Assembly (NCBI GenBank): GCA_012295275.1
Contig: CM022665.1
Coordinates: forward strand, 29,760,001-29,824,000
Reading direction: 5' to 3'
DNA: 64,000 nucleotides
Source: Chrysomallon squamiferum
Taxonomy: Eukaryota; Animalia; Mollusca
The notes beneath the pieces are model-generated. The model saw only the letters and a list, made by a program, of their open reading frames with translations. It was not told the origin of the DNA and did no database searches. Below are positions 25,983 through 39,945 of this stretch, piece after piece; within the stretch, counting starts at the first letter, position 1, and the number at the start of each line of letters is the position of its first letter. A program made the position numbers and the translations under genes.

Positions 25983-26720
25983 ATCTGAAAATTATAGAAA
26001 AACTCTGCCATTTTAAAATGATCTATATATCTTTAGAACCTGACAGTTGTCGTAATAAGCGTGATAAACGTGATGTGTTCTAGTCGGATATTACAACTCG
26101 ACATAGGTTTCAGATCGAAGTGAATATAATTGTCCTGTTTACGTTCAGCAAATAGTTGTTAACTCGAGGGGTTCGATAGCATTTAACGTGTGTTTGACAT
26201 CTGACGTTGCATATACATTTTCTGCTTCTGTCGAAATTAAACAAACATCGATTATGGTCATCAAATCATTTTAATTCCCTCTGAAGACATCGCCCATACA
26301 TGACTGAAACAGGAAAATATACGGGATTTTTTTTTAACGATACCAGATAGAAAATTAAGGACGTAGAGGTATAATTATGCTGTTTTTAAATCATAAAATC
26401 TTTGTCCGCGTATTTTGAAAAATTAACACTTTTAGATAAAGTGCCTTGCGTTGAAGGTTGAATCGATATATTAAAAAAACAGAAGAAAAAAAAAAAAAAA
26501 AAAAAGATAATAATAATAAAATAGAATTAAAATTTTAAAAGGAAAGACAATGAAAACATCTAGATGAAAAGCAGTAGTTCAGGTTTTGATTACGTCGTTG
26601 TATTTTCATTCAAAATAATTTGTTGTATTAAATTATCACTGTATTTTCTTAGATTATATTAAAATCTTTGAAATTCACCACAAATGTTGTTGTGGTGTTT
26701 TTTTTTTTTTTTTTTTTTTT

Positions 26721-26770
<50 letters not shown>

Positions 26771-27519
26771 TCTTGCTATTTATTTCTTCATATTTTGGGT
26801 GTTTTTAAATTATTTTTCCCTTTTTTTATATTTATTTATTTTGTTCATGTTCTTCTTTATGGAGTTATTTTCTTTGTCATTTATTTTAATTTTACTGTTC
26901 CTCAGAGAGACAGGGACGGTTTTAATTTCGTTTTCAATTCTCTAAATTAAGCGAAGTGAGTTGAATTTTTTTTTTTTTTACATGTACACTATTGCCACAA
27001 ATCTTTATAAAAAAAAAACTTACTCTTTAATAGCTGTTTCCCACTTAGTACAAACACTTATCAAAGCACAGTATTCACAGTTTTAAGATACATTTTGAAA
27101 TCTGTTTCGTAAAAAATTATACAAAAATAAATAATCATAAAACACTAAAAAAATTAATGAACGAATAAAACTTCAACAGAAAAGAAAAGAGAATATTTTG
27201 CAATGTATAATTTCTACAGTTACATCCACTCTCTTGTAACCTGCATAATCTAAACAATCCACAATAAATAAATAAATGAATACGAAACTCAGCAGTAACA
27301 AGAGTAGTCAACGAAGAATGAATACGATTACCTCTTCTGTAGTGTAGATAATCACGTAGAACGTTCCACTTTGCCCACGTCTTCAAATTACGTTCATAGT
27401 CATTCACTGTTAATCTACTTCTGTTAACTGATATCTTAAAATTATATTCGCTCTGAAATTATTCGGGCCTGAATGTCAAAGATTTACAAATTAGATATCT
27501 AATAATTTCCTGTTACTAC

Positions 27520-27820
27520 GTTCAGTGATTGAAACTGTCAGCACTGGATTAGGTATTGGTTAATCAGGTTCATTGGCTGAAACTGCTGACAAAACTTTAT
27601 TATTTTATTAAATGTGAGATATTCAGGTTCATTAACTGAAATTGTAAGTATTTCAATTTTGCATTAATCCTTAGATATTTAAACACACACACACACACAC
27701 ACACTCAGTTCTACATTATATTAGTTTTTAGATTTTCAAACTCAAAGATGAAACTGTCGACATTTCTATTTTATATTAACTCTTTATTTTTCAGGATCAG
27801 TTGGTGAAACCGTCGATATT

Positions 27821-27858
<38 letters not shown>

Positions 27859-27950
27859 CATTAAATTAATTCTTAATTATTCAGGCTCGGTGGCAGAAAC
27901 TGTCGAGATTTTACATTACATTAACTTTAAGTTACTGAGGCTCAGAGAAT
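27520..27950. repeat. Degenerate ~55-59-bp tandem repeat interrupted by (CA)n and poly-T expansions
   Basis: Recurrent tcagg..c....g.tgaaactgtcga core at ~27564, 27623, 27736, 27791, 27881 and 27936. Confidence 0.65.
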
Positions 27951-28148
27951 GAGAGAATCTACTATCAATAAAACACATTCGTTTTTGTGAAGTTTTATGC
28001 TGCATTCAAGGCAGCTTAACAACATCTATAAATTTAAATTACATTCACATTCTGCTTCTTCAGGCATAATGAATAAAAATGTCCAAATTTTTAAAATGAT
28101 TTGACTAATGGAAAATTGAAATATCTCTTAAACTTCCATTCACTGAAA

Positions 28149-28243
<95 letters not shown>

Positions 28244-29399
28244 ACACACATCTCTTTCTTTTTATTAACTTTCTCTTCTGAATTAAAAACATTGACACCT
28301 AAATATTCATCTGTTTCCGACTCATTTATTTTTATCTTCTCTATCGTTTTTCTAGATATATATATTTTTTTTCGTTTTCTGTTTTAACAGTTCGAATTAC
28401 CTTATAACTCTCATATATATGAACCGACATATCTGGGTTATTTTTGCGCCAGTGACGCAAAGGGTGTTCCAAAACACTTTAGACTTTGATTTATGAAGTA
28501 ACGGACAGCCAGTAATAGCAGTCAGTCAAAGCAGAGTATCGAGCGTTGATTAGTTGTATGTCTATCGGGACTGACATGTTACGTTTCCTATAGAAACACT
28601 GAAAAGGTTTATGTTACTCGGGGGAGACACACGGACGTTCAAGTTATGGATTTAACTTATTGCCGTCTGCTAATTAACGTACGTTTCACGAAATTCCTTG
28701 TCATTGCTTTTCTCGCTTTCTATAACATCCTGGCGCTAGTTTTACATTTGCGTGCAGGCTGTCGGCTTGGGATCACATAAAGTTCCTTATTAGCGGAGAA
28801 AACAATGTCAACTGGAGATATTAGCATTTCGTTCTTCCGCTTTTTTTAATGTGTATATTTGTAAAGAGTTACTTTATGTGCGTACATTTACGTAGCTTTT
28901 GTCGATTCCCTTCCTGTATGGACGTTTAGCGTTTATTCATATAATTTGTGACTTGGTCAGATGTTTTAGTGAGTTATAATGATACATTTTCTGATTAACG
29001 ATTATCCAGAACGTCTATTTTGCTATTTGTCAGTCATCTTTTCACATTAATATATTATGCATTTCTGTTGTTTTGCTCACATGTGATATTAAAAATTGTA
29101 AAGGAAAGCTAGATTTTTTTTAATATTATCTTTACGACATTTTGACATAAATTTTTAATCAGGTCGCCTCTGCCTCGTTGATGAGTCTGTCTCATTTAAC
29201 TGACTACTTCTACTAATTGAGAATTTTCTGTTGGACTTGTTTTTGATGGACAGGAAAATCGTAAACACATCTATTGATAATTAGTTATGGAGTGTTGGGT
29301 AGGATACTAAATAATAATTAATGGTATTGATTTTTAGACCTGATGAATCTCCAGTAAGACAGAATATATATATATTTTTTTTTTGTTTTTACTTATTCC

Positions 29400-29473
<74 letters not shown>

Positions 29474-30049
29474 TAATTTACGAAGCTTCTGTTATTTAGG
29501 CAATCATTGATTGACTAGCTAAAACGCGTTTAGGTTATAGGTATCGTAAGTTTATTAGAATTTGTTTTATTATCTGGCCACTGATAAAATGAATGTAAAT
29601 TCAAAATACGAACTGAAAACTAGAAGAGTGTCTTCTACTGTGTTAAATAAAATAATTCACAAATCAACAGAATTCTCATTTCATTCCTCTCTACACAATC
29701 AGACTTGATAAAATCAAATCTTCTTTTTCTCACCCCAGTGTCGTAAAGATTAGCATGCAAGCATGAACGTTATTTTGAAGCGCCCCAACAAACGCACACG
29801 CTCGAATGCAGGCACGTACGCACAAACACACACACACACACACACATTCAGTTCTCAACTGTAATTTTAAAAAAAGTAATGTTACGTAATCACAGAATTG
29901 TTTTTGTTTCTGGAGAATGTTGAGCTTAGATCAACAACAACAATAATGTTGACGCCTTCGTTAATGGCTACTCAGTCTATCGTGTATTTGCACATTTGCT
30001 ACAATATTATTTGGAATTTTTATTCTTGTACATTTTTCTGTTTTTTATT

Positions 30050-30325
30050 CATGGCCGTAACTACATTGAGGCAAATGAGGCAAATGCCTCATACTGAAAT
30101 TGATGACTTTTGTTTGATTTTTTTTTTATGCAAAGATTTTATTTAAGAAATAAAAAATATAAATCTCTCTTCCGATAGAAACGATATCCGCTGAATTAAT
30201 TCGTTTATGTCTACGGTTACCGTTTGAAGTCTACCTTCAGACCCCTCGCTAGAACTTTTTTGCCAGACTCCGCTCGGCGATTAAACGTTTTTGCCTCATT
30301 TCAAAAAGAGTCGAGTTACGCCATG
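30050..30325. mobile_element. hAT-like MITE
   Basis: Terminal inverted repeats CATGGCCGTAACT ... AGTTACGCCATG (one indel), with subterminal GAGGCA/TGCCTC motifs at both ends. No clear target-site duplication (TSD). Confidence 0.6.
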
Positions 30326-31769
30326 TTATGGAAAACACAACAAAAATAATTATTATTAACACAAAGGCATCTTCAGAGAATACTGACAGAGTTATCTGCC
30401 TTACATTTTCTTTTTCTTCTTTTCGTTGTCTTTTTCTAGATTTAATATTATTAAACTCTTTAATGCAACGTTTTTCCTCCCATCCATTAACTCACAGTTT
30501 CAGCTGATCCGTTTGCTAATGAATAAAAGCAGTTTGAAATTTCGACGGATAGAAAACAAGATAATAAAGTTCCAAACCAAATGTCAGTAGGGGAAAAAAA
30601 AAAAAAAAAAAAAAAACATTTTCAGGACAGAGTCTCTACAAAAGGGGGAAACACTCAGTTAAATATAAAAATCTCAAATGTTAATTTTATTTTCATTTGA
30701 CATTCCCTTAAGTGGCGAAGATGGAAGGCAAATGATCAGCAGTTTGGTGAATATGCCTACTGTGTTGATTATACATCATTAAATAAGATTTACGATTCGA
30801 TATAATCTTATTTCATGAACAGATAAAGACTTCAGAAAAAACTAAATAATAAAATGGATAAATAAATCAATAACAACAGTAAGTTTGAGTTATTTATTTA
30901 TATACAGAACATATTTTATTATAAGAATAATAAAAAAAATAGTTTTTTTAAAAAACGCAATTAAATTGTTTATGGTTTTCAGCAAACATGAATTAAAAAA
31001 AAATTAAAGATGGAATCGGTCACAAGAGAATCAAATAATTATGTAAATATAAATTTAAACACACACACACACACACACACACGTTAAACAATACGCCGTT
31101 AATGAAATAGATTACACTGCCTAATGACGGTATCAAAAAAACAAAAAACAAGGGAGAAAAGTTTCTTACCACATCCCGCTGCAAAATGCTTATCACAGCA
31201 AGGCCAAAGTTTCATAACGTGCGCTTGTGGTTTCCACAAACAAGAACTTGAACTTCAGTCCCTTAGTCTCAAACCCCGCGCTGTATATAGACATATAAGG
31301 TTCCTGCGGACGTCGCTGAAAACCGCGGAATCGAAGAGAAAAGAGAATTTGGTTAGTTTGTCACATTAAACGTAACTTTAAAGTTTAAAAACTGTCTTTA
31401 AAAGTTCGTCATCGTGTATTTTCCTGTAAAAAGGTATTACAAAAAAATACTTTAATTATTTGAATATATCAGCAGTTAAAGGCAGTTTATTTCATATTTG
31501 TCCTAATTCCATCTTTTCTTTATTTTATATATAGAAACTATAAATAATGTTAAGATCACATGTATATATAAATTGGTATGTTATTAAAATATCTTTAGTT
31601 TGTACATGTAAAAAAAAAAAAAAAAAAGTATTTAATGAAACACAATTTCATAGATAACCGGGTTTTGCGTAAAACAAAGACAAGATTATCTACTTTCGTC
31701 ACAAAAATGTAGAGATCAGTTTTAGAAGCCTTGAACAGACAACCGTAAAAAAAAAAAAAAAAAAAAAAA

Positions 31770-32639
31770 TTATCTGATTTCTCTGTAACAAGAATAACCC
31801 AGATAGAACCAACAGTCCATTTCAACATCAGCCATGTAAACTTGAAGTTCCACTTTCGGCTTGAGTAGATTTTTTTCTCTGACTGTATTCATTGCAAATA
31901 TTACCTGCTGATCTGTGTTTATCACTTTCATTTCCAAATATCGTTCCACAGCTCGTTTGTAGTCTTGGATAAACAGCTTCATGACCCGGGGAATACCAAA
32001 TACCATCCCACCACCCACCCAAACATGATTATATTTTATTATCACATCCGCATTTTCCGACATGTTCACGGTATTTACCATGTTCATGGCAATTCTGCTT
32101 TCATTGAAGTCACGTGGTGGTACTATTAAAAACTTTCGCTTCCTGTCTGCTATTAATCGGAAATAGCCTAGATCTAACCACGTGACGTATTTTGTTTGAA
32201 AATAATTCACGGAAACTGCATCTTCTAGAAAATCGTATTTTGCATGCTGCGTACAAGAATAGTTAACATTGACCGTGTTTGGAATATATTTCGGGAATCC
32301 AGGAAGTGAAAATATCGCTGATATTTTGTCAGCCAGTTTAAAAGACCAAATAGATTTCCTTTCAAGTTTGATTATTTTTGTGACATTTTTTAACACGCCG
32401 CGGATTTCTGCAAAGTTCTGTGCGATTTCGGATGAATCTGTGTAAAACACTGTTGGGTTCTGAAGATATCCGTACGATCCGGCCCATTTCAAGTAAGTCG
32501 CTGTTTCAAATTTCACTCTTCCAGACTTCACAAACTTTCCCAGATTAAAATAAGCAGTCACTACAGTGACACTGGGTGACGATGGCTTGACCAGCTGGTC
32601 CAAATGTGGAGGTATCTTCCCTAGAACGCATCTTGGGCG
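31770..32639 (-). CDS. HtrL/YibB-like putative glycosyltransferase, paralog A, catalytic (last) exon
   Basis: Acceptor tttcag|CGC CCA AGA TGC, then 289 codons plus stop. Motifs TVVTAYF, FYTD, Y.C.QH.K, WLDLG, WVGGG..FG, NTDQQV and CWFYLGY are shared with the two other paralogs and match my recollection of the HtrL_YibB family. Confidence 0.85.
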   Translation of the reverse strand, partial: RPRCVLGKIPPHLDQLVKPSSPSVTVVTAYFNLGKFVKSGRVKFETATYLKWAGSYGYLQNPTVFYTDSSEIAQNFAEIRGVLKNVTKIIKLERKSIWSFKLADKISAIFSLPGFPKYIPNTVNVNYSCTQHAKYDFLEDAVSVNYFQTKYVTWLDLGYFRLIADRKRKFLIVPPRDFNESRIAMNMVNTVNMSENADVIIKYNHVWVGGGMVFGIPRVMKLFIQDYKRAVERYLEMKVINTDQQVIFAMNTVREKNLLKPKVELQVYMADVEMDCWFYLGYSCYREIR

Positions 32640-33387
32640 CTGAAACATTAATAATAAAACAAAAATATTTCAAGACACAACAGCATTTGATTATCCTATT
32701 AAAATATAGTATTTTCTATCTTGTATTAAAGAGAGAGAAACTATCAAATAACGATACAATATTGTCTGCATTGTATTATATACAGAGACAAATGTTTTAT
32801 TATTTACTGGTTCTTCTTTTTTGATTAAATTAGAATAATATTAATGAAAACAAAGTTCATTTGTGTACAAATAGGGTGGTCCAAAAATAAATAAATAAAT
32901 AAATAAACGCACCGAACTTCAACACCTTTCAACAGAATTACATAGTATATAGAATTAATATTTACGTAATTCTAAGTTACTTACTTTGATATGAATAGTA
33001 ACTTTCGGTGGTGTGAAGTGAAGAGTTTTTTTGTTTCTTGAACTACTAGATATTGTTCTAACAGAAGGCTTCGACTGAAAACACAGATTAAACATATGCG
33101 ATTACTGATAATTTGTCATTTTAAAACATAATGGTAAAATGGTGAATATACGTCTATACAATACATAATCTGAAATAATACAAACCAATTCATTCATACC
33201 CGCATTCTCGTAGATCAAAAGGTACATGAATACTTACATACATCATGCGGTGCATAAACATATAAATGTACATATATACATTCATACATATATACATTCA
33301 TACATACTTACATACATACATACATACATATATACATAGACACATACATACATAGACAATTGCATGTATACATATATATACATACAC

Positions 33388-33419
<32 letters not shown>

Positions 33420-33639
33420 ACACGATTACATACATACATACATACATACATACACACACACAATCCTACACACACACACACACACGCACACTCACATAAA
33501 TATTGGTACAAATATAGGCGTGCAAATATAATACCTCACACAAATACAATCCCATACACATACATCCATTCTTTAAAGCATTATTAGCTTCAGCAGTGAA
33601 CATAAATAAATTATTATTTTAAAAAAAGTAGTTATTTAC

Positions 33640-33729
33640 TACAGTGGCAGTCAGATAGAGCCAAACGAGGAGGCAGAAAGAAAACATAACAGCAGCACAT
33701 CGACACGCACACGAACGTCTTCTGTGCAT
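33640..33729 (-). CDS. Paralog A first coding exon (type II signal-anchor)
   Basis: MHRRRSCACRCAAVMFSFCLLVWLYLTATV, 90 nt. Acceptor ttttcag at 33738-33744 and phase-0 donor GTAAAT. Splices in frame to 32639, giving ~319 aa. Confidence 0.75.
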
Positions 33730-33859
33730 TGTCACCTCTGAAAATAAAAGATAAAATAAGCAGAAAGACTGGCTAATGCTAAGCATGGTTACTAAAATGT
33801 AAAAACTAAATTTATTTTATTCTCTAGAAATATCAGTAGTGACTCAGTAACTACATTTC

Positions 33860-35010
33860 GATTTTGTTGTATAGTATAGTAAAGATTTGTAATGTACTGT
33901 AATGTATATACCATTACAGTGTAATATGTTATCGTGAAGTATAGTACAGTATGGTATAGTATAGTATAGTATAGTATAGTATATAATACAGTAGAGCATG
34001 GTTTGGTATTGTGCTGTCATGTATTGTATATAACGTTATAGTATAATATGTTATAGTATAGGGTAATATAGCATAGTTTGGCATTGTACTGTAATGTATT
34101 GTATATAGCATTACAGTATAGTGTAATATAGCATAGGTTGGTATTCTACCGTAATGTATTGTATATAACATTACAGTATACTATAGTATAACATAGTTTT
34201 GTAATTCACTGTAATGTATTGTATATACCACTATAATAGTATTATAGTATAATATAGCATAGTATAGTTTGGCACTGTACTGTAGATAACATTTTAACAT
34301 AATATAATACAGTATAGTAAGGTTTAGTATAACACAATTGTATATTGCACTGTAGTAAGTATTGTACATTGCATTATAATACAGTTTAGTATTGTATTAT
34401 AATGTAGTCAGGGCCGATTCTGGGCCCGGGAAAATTCAATTTTTGGAATCCCATTATACTGCATTTACACAGATAAGCACTATATAATGCATAACCAAAG
34501 CAATGTTTTCTAACATCAGGTGGCAACTGCCATACTTGCAGCCCACTGAGACGACCTTCAATACAGTACAGTATAGCACAGTATAGTATGGTATTGTAAA
34601 CTATTGTATAGCATAGCATAGCATAGCATAGCATAGCATAGTATAGTATAGTATAGTATAGTATAGTATAGTATAGTATAGTATAGTATAGTATAGTATA
34701 GTATAGAATAGTATAGTACAGTATAGTATAGTATAAAATAGTATAGCATAGCATAATATAGAACAGTATAGTACAGTATAGTATAGTATAAAATAGTATA
34801 GTATAGCATAATATAGAATAGTATAGTACAGTATAGTATAGTATAGTATAAAATAGTATAGCATAGCATAATATAGAATAGTATAGTACAGTATAGTATA
34901 GTATAAAATAGTATAGTATAGCATAATATAGAATAGTACAGTACAGTATAGTATAGTATAAAATAGTATAGTGTAGCAGCACAGTAATATACAGCAGAGT
35001 ACAGTACAGT
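33860..35010. repeat. (TAGTA)n-based satellite with ~55-60-bp higher-order units
   Basis: Pure pentamer core at ~34605-34705. The flanks show 60-bp units (e.g. 34068, 34128, 34188) and 55-60-bp units (34700-34970). Unique sequence interrupts it at ~34408-34560. Confidence 0.9.
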
Positions 35011-35321
35011 TTATTTTTTCTTTAATTAGCAACTGATTTTGTTGATGCAACATGTGTCAGTAAAGTTGTACGATTTATACTAATGTATTTTATTTAATAA
35101 TTTAATTTACATTTAATATTTTTACTTTAATAACATATTTTTTATTGATGATGCTTGTACTAATAAACTTGTATCATACGTACTAATGTATTTCATTTAA
35201 TCATTTAATTTAATACTTGTAATGAGACATGGGTTTTATATTTAGCTGCTCAGAGGTGTATTGCTGAATTACTATAATGTGGTTACTTTTGGTAATTCAA
35301 AAACGCTTTGGAACCAAGCCT

Positions 35322-35397
<76 letters not shown>

Positions 35398-36658
35398 CTA
35401 TATGGATATGTTTCTTGATCGGTTTTGTTCGCTTTTTCTTTTCTTTTTTTCGTTACTTTCGTCTTTTTTATTGTTTGTTTGTTTGTTTTGTTTTGTTTTT
35501 TGTTTTGGGGGTTTTGTTTTATTTTGTTGTTATTGTTGTTCTTTGTTTTCTTTAATTTATTTGTTAATTATTTTGTTAATACAGAATTACATTCTTACAG
35601 TTATATTTATATATATCTTAATGGGTTTTTCTTCATGACTTTCTTCCTATATTTCTTCATATATATATATATTATTTTATTTAAAAATAGTAAATATGGT
35701 TCAGACAATAGTAATGACCCTTTCTGTTTCGAAGACTTGACAAAAATCGTGAACGAAGGATAACTCCAAGGTTTTACCGTTTTTATTTTATCTTATTTTT
35801 ATTTTTATTTTTATTTTTAATATTACATGTATAAGTTGGAAAGAAAACCCTTTCAAGAGAGTAAACAAACAAATGCTTTTTTATTCTTAATCGATATATT
35901 TAATCAAGATAATAATTACCCTCATTATTGATAACATAATCGCATCTATTTGACAAATTTATAAATCTCTCAGGCGTAAAATGTTTCAGGTGTCGAAGCA
36001 AAGAAACATTCAGTATTATTTTTAACTCTTCACAATTAATAAACTGTTTTTCCTCTAAAAAAGATTGCAGTGATCTGAAAAGATGAGAGATCGTGTAAGG
36101 TCAGTTGAATGAGGAGGATGAGGCAAAACTTCCAAATTTAGCGCCATAATGTTTTTCTCAGTGGCTTCGGCTAGTCCGGCAGACAAATGCCATATTTGTG
36201 TGCTTAACCTCGTTTTGGCGTCTAAATGTGTTGTTGTTTTTTGTTGTTGTTAATTTTTGGGGGGTTAGTGGGTTTTTGGGGGTTTTTTTGATAACTGATG
36301 TTTAGGACATACATATACTGAAACTGCCGGGTGACATCTTCTCGCCCTTGAGCAATTTGTGCTATGAGGCTAAATCTAAGATGGCCGCCACCGAATCTGT
36401 TTTTCTCACATCTTCATAACTAGATCAGATAGAAATATGAATGAAAGGTCGTTTTTTCTATGATTTCATGCAAAAGGAATCTAATGCAGCCATGTTTTTC
36501 CCGATAGGGCTGTTTTAAGTCAAATTAATGTCCTTTTGGACTTTTAATAAGTTATCATGTTAGGTATAGGCTAATAATTAATAGGTAAATAAGAAATATT
36601 TAATTATTATATTGTATTTATCGCTGGTTCAGTCTCTCTAAACATGTACGTATTCTGT

Positions 36659-37370
36659 CATTCGAAAATGACAAATGACAAAGTGTTTACGTTGCAGTAA
36701 ATCTCTTCGCGACAAACACAGAATATCATGCAACATCTGGGCAGTGCATCCAGCTGACCACAATACTTCTCCGAATGAACTGTTTCGTTTTGGTTTAACA
36801 CTTCATGATAGACGACATCCTTTATATCCCATAAATCTTTTCGGGTGTGGGGATGGATTCTCCTTTTTTTCAACTGGAAGCTAACCATTGTCATTTACAC
36901 TGAATAGAGAGAATCTACTTTTCATCACTTGTGATGATTCTTCCCAGAAAAGGTTCTGTCGCAAATCTAGTGTTCAATGATAAGCAGAGGGCAACTCTCT
37001 GATTAAGGTGAAAAGCAGTCAGATGTCGAGGCACCCACTAACCAAGCTTAGACACTTTTCTTAGTTTATGAAAGTGTTTTATGATCGTAGTGTAAGTTGA
37101 ATTGAAATGTTTTTTTTTTATTTTGTTTCATCAACTACAGTTTTCAGAAGCTCAGTATTGACAGAACTTAGTCATCCAGATTGAGCAGAATCTACGAGAG
37201 AAACATTTCCCGACCTAAATTGGCCAAACCATCACTGGCGTGTCTGGAAGTTTCATTTACATTAACAGAATGAATATTTCTTGCCGCTTCCATTGCTGAA
37301 GAGCCCACGTGAACTCATACACCTTACAGTGTCTAATACAGGTGTCATGTAAAAGCATTTTAAAAGGGTG
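36659..37370 (-). mobile_element. Decayed mariner (Tc1/mariner) transposase remnant
   Basis: Ordered motifs IRHCKVYEF (~37312-37347), KLG*WVPRHL (~37020-37050), FLGRIITSDEK* (~36915-36950) and WDIKDVVYHEVL...TV.SEKYCGQL (36745-36830). Stops, frameshifts and 3' truncation. Confidence 0.85.
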
Positions 37371-37437
37371 AAAATTAATACTAATTGTTCTGTAAGTACT
37401 GAAAAGAGGAATTTCTTTCCAAGCTACATATACATAT

Positions 37438-37544
<107 letters not shown>

Positions 37545-37582
37545 ATATATCTTGATTCCTGATAATAAAAGAAGAATACCCT

Positions 37583-37642
<60 letters not shown>

Positions 37643-38679
37643 TAAATAAAAAAAAAATAAATAAAATAAATAAAATAAATAAAATAAATAGAATAATGGC
37701 TGTTCGCCTGGTTCTCGGTATGTGTTTGAACTCTGAAAATCGTGTGAATGTTTTTGTTGTAATATTTATTCTCTTGGCTTTTATGTCTTCACATGAACCC
37801 TGTCATAATAATGTTTTGTTACCTCGGACACGATCTCCTCTCCCCATTTCAACATATAAAAGAAAATACTGAAAAGAAATGGGGTTATGTAGCTGTGTAC
37901 CGCTACGTGTGCGTTCATTTGTGACAGAACGAATACAAAGTACTGAATAAATGAACACATACAAATAAAACACCGTTGACTATTATGTTGTTACTGCTTT
38001 CTTTAGTAACAAAGTGAAGAAAAAAGATGACATGCTCTTGTATACAATTGAATACTTTTTGGAATACCAAACTGGCATACGGTTTACTTTTACCGGACCT
38101 TAATCTCTGGGGTCATTTTATAAATAGATTGTCAAAATGTTATCAGTCATGTTTATCATATATCACATTCGCGATTATGACAACAAACACACCCATCATT
38201 AGCTACGATATAAAGATTTTCTAAATAAATATTCAGTTTGTTAAATCACTACATTAGTCGGTTATGAAAGACGTTTCTAAACATTTCTATTCCTTTCAGA
38301 TTTATCAATACCATTAACAAAATAATTATTATGGTGGTATAAAAACGAAAAAAGACTTCTGTACTATTACTGTTATTATTAACTGATATGACATAGCAGA
38401 ATATAGTAATATATGATCATTTACAGCCTGAGTTAGTTCAGAAAAGTTAACATTTTTGTCTGTACCAGAAAGGTTTGTAGGTGCATTAATCTATGTGCAA
38501 TAGTAATAACATGTTTTCTAGAGATGATGATGATGATGATAATGTGTAATAGTGATGAAAAAGAGGAGGAGCAGGGGAGGATATTGACAATACAAATAAT
38601 CATAAATAAATTAAATAAAACCTTATAACACATAACTCTTACAAACTACATGCATTCAGTTATTTAAAAACAACAACAA

Positions 38680-38720
<41 letters not shown>

Positions 38721-39022
38721 ACTTACTTAATTGTGAACCACTCAGATCTGAATGAAGTTTTTAACATAAACAAGATCTTCAGCCGAGTTCCTTGGTATCT
38801 AATATTACATGGTGTCAGAGCGCGTCAGTAAGATAAATTACAATACAGTGAGACCTAATTGTGTAGTTGCCAAATGATACAAATGCTTGTTAAGTCATTT
38901 TAGACACACATCACTACTCTCATTCACATCGGATTAATAACGCTAAATAAAAGGGGTGGGTCCACTTTGCTTCGTAAACCCTATTACAATAGGGTATAGT
39001 CTAATTCAATAAATAACTACAG

Positions 39023-39314
39023 TATAGGTTTTCAACCTGGGGTTCGCCAGCCTTTGTTCTAGGGGTTGCGAGATCGTTCTTGAGCGAGGGTATATTTTAG
39101 CTTTTTTCAACTTGACTTGGAAGGAGGAATAAATAAAAACGTGTAGATAGGTTTCGGACCCGTCACAGTGAATATAGATTCCTTTTGAACTGTTTTTGGT
39201 TGATGAAACTACGATAACCCTAGATATTATTGAATCAAAATTTTTAAAGGGGGTCATCGGTCATATTGAGTTCCTCATAAGGGGTCGCGGTATGAAAAAG
39301 GTTGAAAACCAGCG
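39023..39314. mobile_element. hAT (Charlie-like) MITE, 292 bp
   Basis: TIR core GGTTTTCAACCT / AGGTTGAAAACC with subterminal GGGGTCGCG-like motifs. Flanking 8-mers aactacag (39015-39022) and gactacag (39315-39322) match 7/8, as expected for a TSD. Confidence 0.75.
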
Positions 39315-39945
39315 GACTACAGCATCTAAGAACTGAAGCGGCGTCTTGACTCTCTGCTGAAATTGATGCAGAATGTTGTTGGTGCGTGGTCAGTTGGTCT
39401 CATGGTGGTTCCAGAGCGGCAGGGGGAAGCGACTATCATCATCAATCGTTGTAGTCATTGACCTCTTGGGCTCGAGGACCATCTGGTGACGAGTTCATGG
39501 TTTCAATCCATGCGTCCTGAATTTTGTCTTGTAGTAGACCTAGTCTGGCAGGCCTGAGGATCCACCGTGAAAACACCTTCAAATACCTTCTCCCATTTAA
39601 CATCTCCATATAACTGAGTAACCATGAACACGTGCTGCCCACGGCCAATACTAGTTGATTATTCCCCAAACAGGGGTCCCCATCTTACTTACTGCTTTCC
39701 AAATTGTATGACTATTGACCATATGAAAGTGTATGTTATTTGTATTGTATGATTAATATTCGCAATGCACTAAGTATATGACAACATCTCAAAATACTTT
39801 TCAAATTAAATTTATTTTGCCACCATTAGTAAATAAAACACTTTTTTATAAAAAAAGTAAATATAATAGAAATCAAAAACAAAATAGACTATGATGTTAA
39901 TACAACTTTGATATACTTTTGTTTGTATAAATGTCGTCAAATGTG

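Noticed and set aside
38721-38830. Candidate 5' UTR exons of the HtrL-like genes (minus-strand donor-like sites at ~38721, 47332, 55851, 59027, 59893)
   Set aside because: Non-coding first exons are implied by the acceptors upstream of each ATG, but donor motifs alone cannot identify them.
39330-39700. GC-richer segment with a 75-aa minus-strand ORF
   Set aside because: No recognisable domain. It is probably a retroelement 3' fragment, but I cannot assign a family.
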